From an uncultured Gemmatimonadales bacterium (GTDB taxonomy: Bacteria > Gemmatimonadota > Gemmatimonadetes > Longimicrobiales > Gaopeijiaceae), in the NCBI GenBank assembly GCA_963809895.1, contig CAWELD010000003.1, positions 3,392,001 through 3,456,000 of the forward strand: a stretch of 64,000 bases of DNA, in the 5' to 3' direction. Within the stretch, counting starts at the first letter, position 1. Each line of letters opens with the position of its first letter. A program made the position numbers and the translations under genes. The notes below the pieces were generated by a model. The model searched no databases, was not told the origin of the DNA, and saw nothing but the letters and a program-made list of their open reading frames with translations. This document shows positions 43,874 to 55,103 of this stretch, piece by piece.

Positions 43874-45556
43874 TCACATCCTCCGGTACCCGGGTCCGCT
43901 CCCGCCCTCGCGGGGCGTCCAGCGGGGGCCCAGCACGTCGGTGGCTTTGCAGTCGATGCAGTTGGGAGCGTTGACCACCAGCTTGTCACCGTCGCGCTCG
44001 TAGACGCCGGCGGGGCAGACGTGCTCGTACATCTCGGCCACCTCGGGCGGGATGTCCTCGCCCACGATGAGGTGACCGGGGATGTCGTCGCGGGTCTGGT
44101 TCCCGCTCTTGAAGACGGCGTCCACCTTGCTGAAGGTGAGCGTTCCGTCGGGGGCGAAGGGCCGGGGATCGGCCGCCAGCACCTTGGGCTCGGCGGCGTC
44201 CTCCTCGACCGTGATCCTACCCCCGGGAAACGCGCCCCCGGTGATGCTCATGAGCCCGGCCTTGAAGCCGCCACCGAAGAAGCCGCTCTTGAAGGCCAGG
44301 CGCATGTTCCGCGTCTTCTTCATGTCGGCCACGATGTAGCTGGCGTCCACCGACTCGCTGTAGCTCGCCAGCCCGGCCTGGGAGGTGTCGTCGGCCTTGA
44401 GGGCGCGGAAGATGGCGCGCGCCGCCAGGATCCCGGACTGCATGGCGTAGTGGATCCCCTTGAGCGAGGGCACGTCGACGTAGCCGGCGGCGTCACCCAC
44501 GATGCAGATGCCGTCGCCGTGCCGGCGCTCGGGCAGGCTGTAATAGCCGCCCTCGGGGATGGTCTTGGCGCCCCATTCCACCATCTCGCCGCCCTCCAGG
44601 TACTCCCGGAAGAGCGGGTGGAGCTTCATGCGCTGCAGCAACTCGTGCACGTCCAGGCGCGCATCGTGGTAGTCCAGGCCCACCACCAGTCCCAACGACA
44701 CCAGGTTGTCTTCCATGGGATACATCCACGAGCCGCCGAAGGCGTCCTTCGGGAGCGGCCAGCCCAGGGTGTGGATGACCCGGTCCAGCGGCTTCTTCGT
44801 CTCCCACAGCTCCTTCACCCCCAGGGCGTAGATCTGGGGATTCTCGGACGTCACGCCCTGCCAACGGTACCAGGCCTGCGACAGCGTGCCCCGGGTGCCT
44901 TCGCTGAGCACGGTGACCCGCCCCGTGACGTCCATGGGCGGCATGGCATCGGCGCCGGAGGGCTGGCCGTCACGGTCCAGCCCCGACGGCGTGGTTCGCA
45001 CGCCCAGCACCCTGGACCCTTCCACCAGCAGCGCGTCGGCGGGGAATCCCGGAAAGACGTTCACCCCGAGCCCCTCGGCCTTCTCACCCAGCCAGCGCAC
45101 GATCTCCGAGATGGAGGCCACGAAATTGCCGTGATTCTTCATGGTGGGCGGCGTGGGAAGCTTGGTGGCGCCGCCCTCGCGCAGGAGGTAGACCGCCTCA
45201 CCCGTCACCGGCCGGCTGAACGGAAAGTCCTCGTCGGAGAGCTCCGGAAAAAGCTCCCGGAAGGCCCGGGGATTCACCACGGCGCCCGACAGATTGTGCT
45301 CGCCGAGCCCGGCGGCCTTCTCCAGCACGCCGATCTCCACCTCGCCCAGCTCGCCGCCGGCTTCGGCATCGGCCTGCACCAGCCGGGCCAACTCGATGGC
45401 GCCGGCGAGGCCCGCGGGACCACCACCGACGAAGACCACGTCCATGGGCACGGCTTCCTCGTCGGGCGTCTCCTCCAGCACGAGGCGATCCACGGGGAGG
45501 GCGGGCTGGTACTCCAGGGGACGGATCGTCCCCGTCAGGGGCTCGTCGGACATCAC
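43874..45556 (-). CDS. Electron transfer flavoprotein-ubiquinone oxidoreductase
   Basis: DVVFVGGGPAGLAGA, LSGAV, YALGVKELW, WGAKTIPEGGYYS, KGIHYAMQSG, CPAGVYE..NCIDCKATD. Confidence 0.92.
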   Translation of the reverse strand: MMSDEPLTGTIRPLEYQPALPVDRLVLEETPDEEAVPMDVVFVGGGPAGLAGAIELARLVQADAEAGGELGEVEIGVLEKAAGLGEHNLSGAVVNPRAFRELFPELSDEDFPFSRPVTGEAVYLLREGGATKLPTPPTMKNHGNFVASISEIVRWLGEKAEGLGVNVFPGFPADALLVEGSRVLGVRTTPSGLDRDGQPSGADAMPPMDVTGRVTVLSEGTRGTLSQAWYRWQGVTSENPQIYALGVKELWETKKPLDRVIHTLGWPLPKDAFGGSWMYPMEDNLVSLGLVVGLDYHDARLDVHELLQRMKLHPLFREYLEGGEMVEWGAKTIPEGGYYSLPERRHGDGICIVGDAAGYVDVPSLKGIHYAMQSGILAARAIFRALKADDTSQAGLASYSESVDASYIVADMKKTRNMRLAFKSGFFGGGFKAGLMSITGGAFPGGRITVEEDAAEPKVLAADPRPFAPDGTLTFSKVDAVFKSGNQTRDDIPGHLIVGEDIPPEVAEMYEHVCPAGVYERDGDKLVVNAPNCIDCKATDVLGPRWTPREGGSGPGYRRM

Positions 45557-45696
45557 GGCTCCAGCGGTCTGTGCGGCGTGTGGGAGGATCGGCGGAATGG
45601 AGGACCCTGCTCCTGGCGCCGGGGTAACCCGAGCGCCCTGAAAGGTACCCCATCCGCGGGGCTCGTGCAGGTCCCGCGGCGACGCCAGGACGCACC

Positions 45697-47172
45697 ATGA
45701 ACGACTCCCGTCCCCGCACCGTCGGCGAGCTCCGAGCCGCCGGCTATCGACCCCGCACCGTCAAAGAGGAGATGCGCGCCAACCTGCGGCGCAAGATCGC
45801 CGCGGGTGACACCCTCTTTCCCGGGGTTTTGGGCTACGAGGAAACGGTGCTGCCCCAGCTCGTGAACGCCGTCCTGGCGAAGCACGACTTCATCCTCCTG
45901 GGACTCCGGGGACAGGCCAAGAGCCGCATCCTGCGCCAGCTGGTCTCGCTCCTGGACGAGGAAATCCCCGTGCTCGAGGGGAGCGAGGTCAACGACGATC
46001 CGCTGGCGCCCATCTCCAAGTTCGGCCGGGAGCTGCTGCGGGAGCACGGGGACGACGCCCCGGTGGCGTGGCTCCCCCGCGAGCAGCGCTACGTGGAGAA
46101 GCTCGCCACCCCCGACGTCACCATCGCCGACATCATCGGCGACGTGGATCCCATCAAGGCGGCGCGGGGCGGCCACATCCTGGCCGACGAGCTCACCATC
46201 CACTTCGGCCTCCTGCCCCGGGCCAACCGCGGGGTGTTCGCCATCAACGAGCTGCCGGACCTGTCGGGCAAGATCCAGGTGGGGCTGTTCAACGTCCTCC
46301 AGGAGGGCGACGTGCAGATCAAGGGCTACCCGGTGCGGCTGGCGCTGGACGTGCTCATGGTCTTCACCGCGAATCCCGAAGACTACACGGCGCGGGGCAA
46401 GATCATCACGCCGCTCAAGGACCGCATCGGCGCCGAGATCCGCACCCACTACCCACTGGACATCGCTACCGGCGTGGACGTGACGCTCCAGGAGGCGTGG
46501 GTCGAGCGGGCCGACGCCGAGGTGGAGATCCCCGACCTGGTCACCGAGCTCGTGGAGCGCGTGGCCTTCCTGGCCCGCGAAGACAAGCGCGTGGACCAGC
46601 GCTCCGGCGTGAGCCAGCGGCTCCCCATCACGGTGCTGGAGACGGTGGTGTCCAACGCCGAGCGCCGGGCGCTGGCGCTGGGCGAGGAGCGGGCCGTGCC
46701 GCGGGTGGTGGACGTGTACGCGGCGCTCCCCTCCATCACCGGCAAGATGGAGCTGGAGTACGAGGGCGAGATGCACGGCCACGACAAGATCGCCCGGGAG
46801 CTCATCGCCGAGGCCGCGCATCAGGTCTTCGAGGACCGGGCCGGTGGCGCCGACGTGGAGGACATCGTGGCCTACTTCGAGGAGGGCGGGGCGCTCCAGG
46901 TGGGCGAGGAATCGTCGTCTTCCGCCTGCGTGAAGGGATTCGAGACCGTGCCCGGTCTCCTGGAGCTGGCGGAGAACGTGGGATTGGCCCCGGCCGCGGC
47001 ATCCGACGGCGTCCGGGCCGCGGCCTGCGAGCTCGTGCTGGAGGCGCTGGTGGCCGAGAAGCGCATCAGCCGCACCAGCTCCGGCGGCTACCGCCGCGCC
47101 CGCCACGAGCGCGAGGGCCCCAAAGGCAAGGGCATGCAGGGCTTCGATCCCTTCGGCGGGATGGAAGCATAG
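45697..47172 (+). CDS. AAA+ ATPase, Mg-chelatase/MoxR-like (partner of a VWA protein)
   Basis: LLGLRGQAKS, EKLATPD, DVDPIKA, RANRGVFAINELPDL, TANPEDYTARGKIITPLKDR. Confidence 0.88.
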   Translation: MNDSRPRTVGELRAAGYRPRTVKEEMRANLRRKIAAGDTLFPGVLGYEETVLPQLVNAVLAKHDFILLGLRGQAKSRILRQLVSLLDEEIPVLEGSEVNDDPLAPISKFGRELLREHGDDAPVAWLPREQRYVEKLATPDVTIADIIGDVDPIKAARGGHILADELTIHFGLLPRANRGVFAINELPDLSGKIQVGLFNVLQEGDVQIKGYPVRLALDVLMVFTANPEDYTARGKIITPLKDRIGAEIRTHYPLDIATGVDVTLQEAWVERADAEVEIPDLVTELVERVAFLAREDKRVDQRSGVSQRLPITVLETVVSNAERRALALGEERAVPRVVDVYAALPSITGKMELEYEGEMHGHDKIARELIAEAAHQVFEDRAGGADVEDIVAYFEEGGALQVGEESSSSACVKGFETVPGLLELAENVGLAPAAASDGVRAAACELVLEALVAEKRISRTSSGGYRRARHEREGPKGKGMQGFDPFGGMEA

Positions 47173-47175
47173 GGC

Positions 47176-48865
47176 TCAGCCCCCGTTCTCGGGCCAGCCC
47201 GTCCAGCCGGGTCCCCGCACCACGCGTCCCGGCGTAGCACCGGTGTGGACGCCGTCACGGACCACCTGGACGCCGTTGACGAAGACGTCCTTCACGCCCA
47301 CCGCGAGCTGGTGCGGCTCCTCGAAGGTGGCTCGGTCGGCGACGGTCTCCGGATCGAAGACCACCACGTCGGCGAAGTAGCCGGGGGTGAGCCGTCCACG
47401 GCGGCGCAACGAGAGGTTCTCGGCCGGAAGCGCCGACAGCCGACGCACGGCCTCCTGGAGGGGGATCAGCTCCTCGTCCCGCACGTAGCGTCCCAGCAGG
47501 CGGGCGACGTTGCCGTAGGCCCGGGGATGGGGATTGGATTTCAGGAACACGCCCTCCGGAGCCGGGGCCCCCGCGTCGCTCCCGAAGCTCACCCACGGAA
47601 GCTGGAGTTGCCGCCGCACGTTGTCCTCGGACATGAGAAAGTAGACCGTGCCCACCCGCGACCCGTCGCGGATGACCAGCTCCATGGCGGTCTCCTCGGG
47701 GCTCATCCCCATCTCGTCGGCCACCTGCGCCAGCGTCTTGCCGGTGTGGCGCTTCAGGGAGTCGGCCTTGAATCCCACGAGAAGCACCCGATCGGGAGAG
47801 CCCGCCAGGAGCATGAGGTTCTCCCACTCGTCGGTGGGCGTGGTCATCTCGCGAATCACCCGCCGGCGGACGGCCGGGTCCTTCAGCCTCTCGGCCCACG
47901 CCTCGTAGCCACCTTCCTGCACCCAGGGGGGCATGGCGGCGTCCAGACCGGTGGCGCCGGCGGTATAGGTGTACATGTCGGCGGTGATGCGCACGCCCCG
48001 GGCCCGGGCCTCTTCGATGCGGTCCACAACCGCATCCAGCTTGCCCCAGTTGTCCTCGCCGGCGGCCTTCAGGTGATACACCTCGGCGGGAGCCGCTGAC
48101 CTCTCGGCCACGTGGATGAGCTCGTCCAGCGCCTCCAGGAGCTGGTTGGCCTCGCTCCGCATGTGGCTGATGTACATGCCGTCGTACTCGTGCGCCGCCT
48201 GCATGAGCGCCACCAACTCGTCGGTGTCTGCGTAGAAGGCCGGGGCGTAGATGAGCGACGAGCCCACACCCAGCGCGCCCTCCCGCATGGCGTCGCGCAC
48301 CAGATCCTGCATGCGCGCCAGCTCGTCGGGGGTCGGCGCCCGGTCCGCGTAGCCCAGCTCGTGCACGCGCACCGTGGTGGCTCCCACGAAGGACGCCACG
48401 TTGGGCGAGATCCCACGGGACACCATGTAGTCCAGATATTCGCCCAGCGTGGTCCAGGCGACGTCGTAGGTGATGTCGCCCTGACGGCGGATCGCTCTCG
48501 GCCTTCATGCTGTCGGTGAGCGGGCCCATGGACTCGCCCTCGCCCATGACCTCCAGCGTTACGCCCTGCATGAGGTCCGACAGGCCGCGGGGATCCTCGA
48601 TCAGGCTTTCGTTGGCCCAGGACAGCATGTTGATGAAGCCCGGGGCCACGGCCATGCCGGTGACGTCCAGCTCGGTGGCACCGGTCAGGTCGCCCACGTC
48701 GCCCACCGCCACCAGGGAATCCCCCTGGATCGCCACATCGCCGACCACGGGAGCGTCGCCGCTGCCGTCGTAGATGGTTCCGCCCCGGAGAACGAGGTCG
48801 ACATCGGGGGCGCGGTCGCACGCGACGAAGGTGAGGAGAGCGGCGAGGGCCAGGAGAGTCTTCAC
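47176..48865 (-). CDS. N-acyl-D-amino-acid deacylase (D-aminoacylase) lipoprotein, split by a 1-nt frameshift near 48497
   Basis: N-part: lipobox FVAC, GGTIYDGSG, VAPGFINMLS. C-part: SSLIYAP, YISHMRSE, YHLKAAG, FGSDA, HPRAYG. Removing one base in GAGAGCG restores MKAEAIRRQGDITY. Confidence 0.88.
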
Positions 48866-48866
48866 G

Positions 48867-49622
48867 TCACGTGCCTCCGTCGACGGGCAGCACCTGCCCG
48901 GTGATCCACGATGCCCGCTCCGACGCCAGAAAGAGCACCGCCTCGGCGATGTCGCCGGGGGTGCCCAGGCGCCGCAGCGCGATGCCTTCCACCAACTCTC
49001 TCTGCCCCTCCTGGCCGTAGCGCTCCCACTGGCGCTCGGTGTCGGGGTTGGAACGCACGAAGCCCGGCGCCACGGCGTTCACGGTGATCCCGTACGGGCC
49101 CAGCTCGTGGGCGAGCTGCCGGGTGAGGCCGATCTGGCCGGCCTTGGCGGCGGCGTAGGCCTGGATGCCCGTCTTGCTCACTCCCAGACCCGCGCCCGAC
49201 GACACGTTGACGATGCGGCCGCGGTGGGCGCGCTTCATGGCGGGAACGGCGGCACGGGCCGTAAGGAAGGAGGCCGTGAGATTCACGGCCACGATGGCCT
49301 CGAAATCGCCGAGCCGAACCTCCTCCACCGGCCGACCCGCCTGGCCCAGGACGCCGCCGGCGTCGTTCACCAGAACGTGTACCTGGCCGTGCTCGGCCTC
49401 GGCCACGGCCATGCCCGCCGCCACGTCGTCGGCACGGGTGACGTCGACGACGCGGCCGTGGATGCGGCCGCCGCCCAGACGGACGGTTTCGGCGACCTCG
49501 TCGGTGAGGACGTCCCAGGCCCACACGCTTGCGTCCAGGGCCGCGAAGCGGAGCGCGATCTCGCGACCGAGGCCGTGTGCGGCCCCGGTGACCACCACCG
49601 TCTGACCGGCGAACTCACTCAT
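48867..49622 (-). CDS. SDR family oxidoreductase
   Basis: VVVTGAAHGLG, LVNDAG, IVNVSS, YAAAK, NAVAPG, ITGQVLPVDGG. Confidence 0.92.
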   Translation of the reverse strand: MSEFAGQTVVVTGAAHGLGREIALRFAALDASVWAWDVLTDEVAETVRLGGGRIHGRVVDVTRADDVAAGMAVAEAEHGQVHVLVNDAGGVLGQAGRPVEEVRLGDFEAIVAVNLTASFLTARAAVPAMKRAHRGRIVNVSSGAGLGVSKTGIQAYAAAKAGQIGLTRQLAHELGPYGITVNAVAPGFVRSNPDTERQWERYGQEGQRELVEGIALRRLGTPGDIAEAVLFLASERASWITGQVLPVDGGT

Positions 49623-50650
49623 GGCGTCTCCCGCGTGCCCAGCGCCGACAACGTCTCCCAGGACTGGGAGCGGCGCCCCTCCTCGATGTCGTGGACGAGC
49701 TCCACGAGCCGGGTCGTGAGCGGCGTGGGGACCGCCGCCTCGCCGCCGCGCTCCACGATGGGGCCGAGTTGTGCGTCCACCTCGGTCTTGCGCTCGCGGA
49801 CCGCCAGATCCCGCCATACGCCGCTGTGGGATTTGGCGGAGCGGCGGTTGAAGGCCACCAGCTCGTCGAGGGTGGCGTCCACGGCACCGGCAGGTGCGGT
49901 GAGAGCGAAGGCCGAGGGATCGAATCCGTCGAATCCCCGGGGACGGATGCCCCGGGCCTCGGCCACCCCCACCACCTCGCGCACCAACGCCACCAACAGC
50001 GGCCGGTGGGGCTCGGACGCCAGGACGTCGGCGATGGAGGCGTCGGCCAGCGCCGTGGCGAAGAGGAGCGCCCCGTAGGCGAGCTTGCCCCACAGATAGC
50101 CGAAGATGTCGTCGGTTGTCTCCGCGCCCGGCTCGTAGATGCGGAACAACTCCAGGAGTCGATGGAGCCGGGGGGTGTCGGAGCCGTCCAGCTCACCCAG
50201 GACCAGGGCGCCGTGGTTGCCGCGCATGATGACGCCGGGCTCCACGACGTCGGCGCCCACGTTGATGAAGCAACCGACGGTGCGCTCGCCGCCCACGGCT
50301 GCGGCGATGGCCCGCTCGTTGAGCCCGTTCTGCAGCGACACCACGCAGCCGTCGGGCGAGAGATGGGGCGCGAGCTGGCCGACGGCCGCATCGGTGTCGT
50401 GGGCCTTGACCGCCAGCAGGATCGTGGGGTAGGTGCCCTCCACCTCGTCGGGCAGGCTCGCCGGGATCTGGACCGTGAACTCGTCGACGGGCCCGGTGAT
50501 TCGCAAACCGTGCTCGCGGATGGCCGAAACATGATTCGCATCCGCGTCCACCAGGCGCACGTCGTGGCCGGCCCGGCAGAGCCACGCCCCCACCGATCCT
50601 CCCATGGCGCCGGCGCCCCACACCAGGATCGGGCCGTCGCCGGCGGTCAC
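49619..50650 (-). CDS. Ketopantoate reductase (PanE/ApbA) family oxidoreductase
   Basis: VWGAGAMGG, LLAVKA, SLQNGL, YLWGKL, RKTEVD. Confidence 0.88.
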   Translation of the reverse strand: MTAGDGPILVWGAGAMGGSVGAWLCRAGHDVRLVDADANHVSAIREHGLRITGPVDEFTVQIPASLPDEVEGTYPTILLAVKAHDTDAAVGQLAPHLSPDGCVVSLQNGLNERAIAAAVGGERTVGCFINVGADVVEPGVIMRGNHGALVLGELDGSDTPRLHRLLELFRIYEPGAETTDDIFGYLWGKLAYGALLFATALADASIADVLASEPHRPLLVALVREVVGVAEARGIRPRGFDGFDPSAFALTAPAGAVDATLDELVAFNRRSAKSHSGVWRDLAVRERKTEVDAQLGPIVERGGEAAVPTPLTTRLVELVHDIEEGRRSQSWETLSALGTRETP

Positions 50651-51372
50651 GACTCCTCTCCCCAGTCACTGAGCAGTGCCCGGGTCTCATCCACCGCCAC
50701 CCCCCAGATCTCCAGCATGGTGACGTCGTCCAGGCCGTAGCGGCCGCCGAAGCTCCCGTCTCCCAGGAGCTGCCGAAAGGCCACCGGGTCACCACGCAGC
50801 CCGTCGCCGATCTCCACCGGTGGTTTCTCGGCGCCGGGGGGCGTGGCGCCCGCGATCCGGGTCCACGGAAAGCTCTCCATCCAGTTGGCGTGGCTCCCGT
50901 GGGAGGCCGCCGCCCTCACCGCGGCCTTCGTGCGGGGCGCCTTCCACCAATCGTGGAAGCGGACGCGCACGGTCTGGCCTGCTCGCGCGCGGTCGGCGGC
51001 CGCGGCCCACTCCCGGGCCACGTCCGCTGCGGCGGAATTGCCACCGTGCCCATTGACCAGGAGGATGCGCCGGAAGCCGTGCGAGGCCAGCGAGTCCAGC
51101 ACGTCGGTGACGACGGCAGCGTGGGTCTCGGGCCTGAGGGTCACGGTCCCGGGGAAGGCCATGAAATACGGCGCGCATCCGAAGGGCAGCGCGGGATAGA
51201 CGGGCACGCCCAGAGGCTCGGCGGCGTCCAGCGCCACGCGCTCGGCCAGGATGGCGTCGGTGGCCAGACTCAGGTAGGCGTGCTGCTCGACGCTCCCCAG
51301 GGGCACGGCCACCCGGTCGTCGGAGCGCAGGTATTCCTCGACCTGCATCCAGTTCATGGCGGTGATGCGCAC
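50647..51372 (-). CDS. Creatininase family amidohydrolase
   Basis: NWMQVEEYL, PLGSVEQH, TD, FPGTVTL, LVNGHGGN, HANWME. Confidence 0.9.
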   Translation of the reverse strand: MRITAMNWMQVEEYLRSDDRVAVPLGSVEQHAYLSLATDAILAERVALDAAEPLGVPVYPALPFGCAPYFMAFPGTVTLRPETHAAVVTDVLDSLASHGFRRILLVNGHGGNSAAADVAREWAAAADRARAGQTVRVRFHDWWKAPRTKAAVRAAASHGSHANWMESFPWTRIAGATPPGAEKPPVEIGDGLRGDPVAFRQLLGDGSFGGRYGLDDVTMLEIWGVAVDETRALLSDWGEES

Positions 51373-51542
51373 GGATCTCTCACTCCGGGGCTCTCGGCGA
51401 CTGCTCGCTGACCGTGGAGGGCGACGGAGAAGGTGAGCCGCGCCTCGGCCCGACGCCAGCGATCGGCCTGAGGCCGGTCGGACGCGGGCGCCGGGGCGAC
51501 GGGCCCACCAGACGACACCGGCGGCCAGCGGGCCCCCCGGTG

Positions 51543-52682
51543 TCAATCGATGCCCAGCGCCGCCAGAGCCAGCGCCGCGATGCGCTGCATGGCGACGGGC
51601 AGCGCCAACTCCTCGAGCTCGTGGGGCGCGACCCAACGGCGCTCCGGAGGCATGGGCCGGCGCTCGCCCCCGGCTGCGTGGATCACATACGGCCGGTACG
51701 TCACGTGCAGGTGCGAGAAGGCGTGACGCACCTCGTCCAGCGGGCGAGCGGCGGCGAGGGCGGCACCGCCCGGATCGTCGGGGACACCCTCGAAGGTCGC
51801 TCCGGCGAGAGTCTCCCCCAGCAGCCGACGCACCGCCCGCTCCTCGGTCTCTCCCGCCGCTTGGTCCAGCAGGCGCCCGGGGAACTCCCACAGGCCCGCC
51901 AGCAGCCCTTCGGCCGGCCGTTGGCGCACCAGCAGCCGAAGTGCGTCGGCGGGTCCGCTCACCAGCACGGCCACCGCGTGCACTTCACGGGGCACCGGTG
52001 CTCGCTTGCGGGCAGGAGGACGCTCCGCCACGGTGCCCCGCCCCAGCGCGAGGCAGGACGAAGCTACCGGGCATGCACCACACTCCGGCGCCCGCGGCGT
52101 GCACACCGTCGCACCCAGCTCCATGAGGGCCTGATTGAAATCCCCGGGCCGGTCCGGGTCCACCAGTGCTCCGGCCAACTGCCGCAGCTCGGTGTCGGAG
52201 GGCGCCGGCAGATCGAAGAGGCGGCTCAGCACCCGGCGCACGTTGCCGTCCACCGCGGGCGCGGCCTCCCCGAAGGCGATGCTCGCCACGGCTCCCGCCG
52301 TATAGGGGCCGATCCCGGGGATCTCCCGCAGCGCCGCGGAGTCCCCCGGAAGACGCCCCTGGAAACGCTCCCGCACGACGCGGGCCCCGCGGTGGAGATT
52401 GCGGGCCCGGCGGTAGTATCCCAGCCCCTCCCACGCCTTGAGAACCTCCGACTCGTCGGCCTCGGCCAACGCCTCGACGGTGGGAAAGCGCCGCAGCCAA
52501 TCCCGGTAGTAGGGGATCACCGTCTCCACCCGGGTCTGCTGGAGCATGATCTCCGAGACCCAGATGGCGTAGGGATCCCCGGTCCGGCGCCACGGCAGGT
52601 CCCGGGCGCTCCGGTCGAAGAACGCCAGGAGCGCGCGGCGCAGCGCGGTCGGTGAGGTGGGCAGCGGGTCGGCGGAATCCAT
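51543..52682 (-). CDS. mutY: A/G-specific adenine glycosylase
   Basis: RDLPWR, DPYAIWVSEIMLQQT, WEGLGYYRRARNL, PGIGPYTAGA, VDGNVRRV, CTPRAPECGACP, WEFPG. Confidence 0.96.
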   Translation of the reverse strand: MDSADPLPTSPTALRRALLAFFDRSARDLPWRRTGDPYAIWVSEIMLQQTRVETVIPYYRDWLRRFPTVEALAEADESEVLKAWEGLGYYRRARNLHRGARVVRERFQGRLPGDSAALREIPGIGPYTAGAVASIAFGEAAPAVDGNVRRVLSRLFDLPAPSDTELRQLAGALVDPDRPGDFNQALMELGATVCTPRAPECGACPVASSCLALGRGTVAERPPARKRAPVPREVHAVAVLVSGPADALRLLVRQRPAEGLLAGLWEFPGRLLDQAAGETEERAVRRLLGETLAGATFEGVPDDPGGAALAAARPLDEVRHAFSHLHVTYRPYVIHAAGGERRPMPPERRWVAPHELEELALPVAMQRIAALALAALGID

Positions 52683-52781
52683 GGGGACGGGAATGTAGCA
52701 CGGAAGGGGCGAGGGAACCCCCACCCCGGCCCGGGGGTGAGGAGTGATGCGGGACGACCCTCCAGCGCGGGAGCGTGACCG

Positions 52782-54074
52782 GTGCGCTTCACCACCTACA
52801 CGAAGTACAAGGGCGGATGGCTCGACGCCCTCAACCTCGAGTCCCTCCTGGAGCACCTGTCCGACTTTCTCCTGAACGGCGGCTTCGCCGGCGGCCCGCA
52901 CTATCATCCGTACTGGGGCTGGTCCGGCGTGGAGGACACGTCGACGGTGGACGCCCTCAAGCAGGCGCTCCTGGAGGCGCTTCTGAAGAGCGGTCAGCTC
53001 ACCCCGGAGATGCTGGAGGAGCTCCGCGGCGAGGGCGAAGGCGACGAGGCGGTGCGCGCCGAGATCGCACAGCTCCTGGACGACCTGATCCAGAAGCTCG
53101 TCGAGGAGGGATATCTGACGATGGAGGGTGGCACGCCGCAGATGCCGGGTCCCATGCAGGACGTGACCGGCCAGGGCCAGATCGACGAGGCCAAGGAAGC
53201 GGCTCAGCACGTCCAGTTCGACCTGACCCAGAAGGGGATGGACTTTCTGGGCTACCGCGCTCTCAAGAACCTGCTGTCGGCGCTGGGCAAGTCCAACATG
53301 GGCGTCCACGACACGGCGCATCTGGCCACGGGCGTGGAGGCCGAGGCCGCCAGCCGGCCGTACCAGTTCGGCGACACGCTCAACCTGGACATCCCGGCAA
53401 CGCTCAAGAACGCCATCGAGCGCGAAGGACTGCAGGTCCCGCTCATGCTGGACTACTCGGACCTCATGGTGCACCAGGCCGAGTACCGCTCGTCGTGCGC
53501 CACGGTCCTGATGCTGGACATCTCCCACTCCATGATCCTCTACGGCGAGGATCGCTTCACCCCGGCCAAGCGGGTGGCTCTGGCACTCTCGCACCTCATC
53601 CGCACACAGTTTCCCGGGGATACCCTGCGGGTGGTGGCGTTCGGGGACCGGGCCAAGGAGATCCCTCTGTCGCAGCTCGCCAAGGCGCAGGTCGGGCCCT
53701 TCCACACCAACACGGCCGAGGGACTGGAGCTGGCGCGGCGCATCCTCACGTCGCAGAAGCAGGAGATGCGCCAGATCATCATGATCACCGACGGCAAGCC
53801 ATCGGCGGTGACGCTCCCGGACGGCCGCGTCTACACCAACTCCGGCGGGTTGGACGCCCACATCCTGAAGCAGACCTTCAAAGAGGTCGCGGCCTGCCGG
53901 AAGAGCGGGATCCTCATCAACACCTTCATGCTGGCGCGGGATCCCTATCTGGTGAGCTTCGTGAAGAAGGTGTCGGAGATCGCCCGCGGCAAGGCCTATT
54001 TCACGACCACCATGTCGCTGGGCCAGTACATCATGATGGACTTCATGAAGCGGAAGCGTCGCCGGGTGGGGTGA
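52782..54074 (+). CDS. VWA domain protein
   Basis: [15 protein letters not shown]-type [19 protein letters not shown]. Confidence 0.9.
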   Translation: MRFTTYTKYKGGWLDALNLESLLEHLSDFLLNGGFAGGPHYHPYWGWSGVEDTSTVDALKQALLEALLKSGQLTPEMLEELRGEGEGDEAVRAEIAQLLDDLIQKLVEEGYLTMEGGTPQMPGPMQDVTGQGQIDEAKEAAQHVQFDLTQKGMDFLGYRALKNLLSALGKSNMGVHDTAHLATGVEAEAASRPYQFGDTLNLDIPATLKNAIEREGLQVPLMLDYSDLMVHQAEYRSSCATVLMLDISHSMILYGEDRFTPAKRVALALSHLIRTQFPGDTLRVVAFGDRAKEIPLSQLAKAQVGPFHTNTAEGLELARRILTSQKQEMRQIIMITDGKPSAVTLPDGRVYTNSGGLDAHILKQTFKEVAACRKSGILINTFMLARDPYLVSFVKKVSEIARGKAYFTTTMSLGQYIMMDFMKRKRRRVG

Positions 54075-54146
54075 GGTCGTCGCGCTCCACCATCTCGGTG
54101 CGCTCCCGGCGCAGTAGCTGCGCCAGCGGCGTGCCTTCCCCCACGC

Positions 54147-54929
54147 TCAGAAGGCGCTCAGCACGCTGAAGAACACCTGGCCGTCGTTGTTGGTGCTGGC
54201 GCCCCGGTCCAGCGCCTCCGAGTCGTAGTTGTCCACGAAGGTCAGCTTGAGGCTCAGGACCTCGGTGACGCGGAACGCGACGCTGGAGGTGCTGCTCATG
54301 GTGAAGTCGTCGATGCGGTCGAAGCGGGGCTGATAGTGCGTCTCGGTCTGGAGCGTCACCCGACCTTCGGAGAGGTCGTGGCGGGCCCGGAGCCGAGTGG
54401 ACCAGCGCGCGTCCAGCCGGTCGTCGGCCGTCGCAGAGGCATCTTCCGACGGCAGGGTTCGCTCGGCCAGAACCGCCACGCTCAGGTCGAGGCGGCCGTC
54501 GGAGTCGTCGCCGGCCACGGTGAGCTTGCCACCGGCGCCCACGTTGTAGCGCAGGTCGATGCGCTTCTCGTAGCTGCCCTCGGCCTTGGCCGACAGGAAG
54601 GGCGAGAGGCGCGCGTTCGGCACCGGGTCCAGATCCACCCCCAACTTCCACGAGCGCCGATTCACGGCACTGCCACCGTCGTCGGTGGACGCCTCGCCGT
54701 AGTTGAAGGCGCCGTTCACGGAGAACTCCCTGGCCAGGCCCCGGGTGGCCGTGGACGCGCGAGCCAGAAAGGCGGTCTGGTCCTTATTGCCGAAGAAGAC
54801 GCTACCGCCGACCTCGCCCTCGGTCTTCCAGTGGTCTTCGTTGACGCGGGGCGCCTGAGCGCGGGCGGGGACGGCGACGGAGAGGACCAGGAGGACGGCG
54901 ACGAACAGCAGGGTGGAGAGGGTCCGCAT
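54147..54929 (-). CDS. DUF481 outer-membrane beta-barrel protein
   Basis: Signal peptide (ARA|Q), FFGNKDQ, IDLRYNVGAG, C-terminal Phe (VLSAF). Confidence 0.78.
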   Translation of the reverse strand: MRTLSTLLFVAVLLVLSVAVPARAQAPRVNEDHWKTEGEVGGSVFFGNKDQTAFLARASTATRGLAREFSVNGAFNYGEASTDDGGSAVNRRSWKLGVDLDPVPNARLSPFLSAKAEGSYEKRIDLRYNVGAGGKLTVAGDDSDGRLDLSVAVLAERTLPSEDASATADDRLDARWSTRLRARHDLSEGRVTLQTETHYQPRFDRIDDFTMSSTSSVAFRVTEVLSLKLTFVDNYDSEALDRGASTNNDGQVFFSVLSAF

Positions 54930-55103
54930 CACGACGATGGTGCAGGGTCCGCGAGATCGATGAACCCGGAAGATTTCACCTCGGCGGCGTGGTGCCAACC
55001 CCGCAAGCGCCAGGCGAGATACACACCGCCCGCCTTGGAACTCCGGAGGCACTCCCGGCTATTCGAAGAGTGTAACCATTGAAGCCTGAAAGGAGGGCCC
55101 ACC

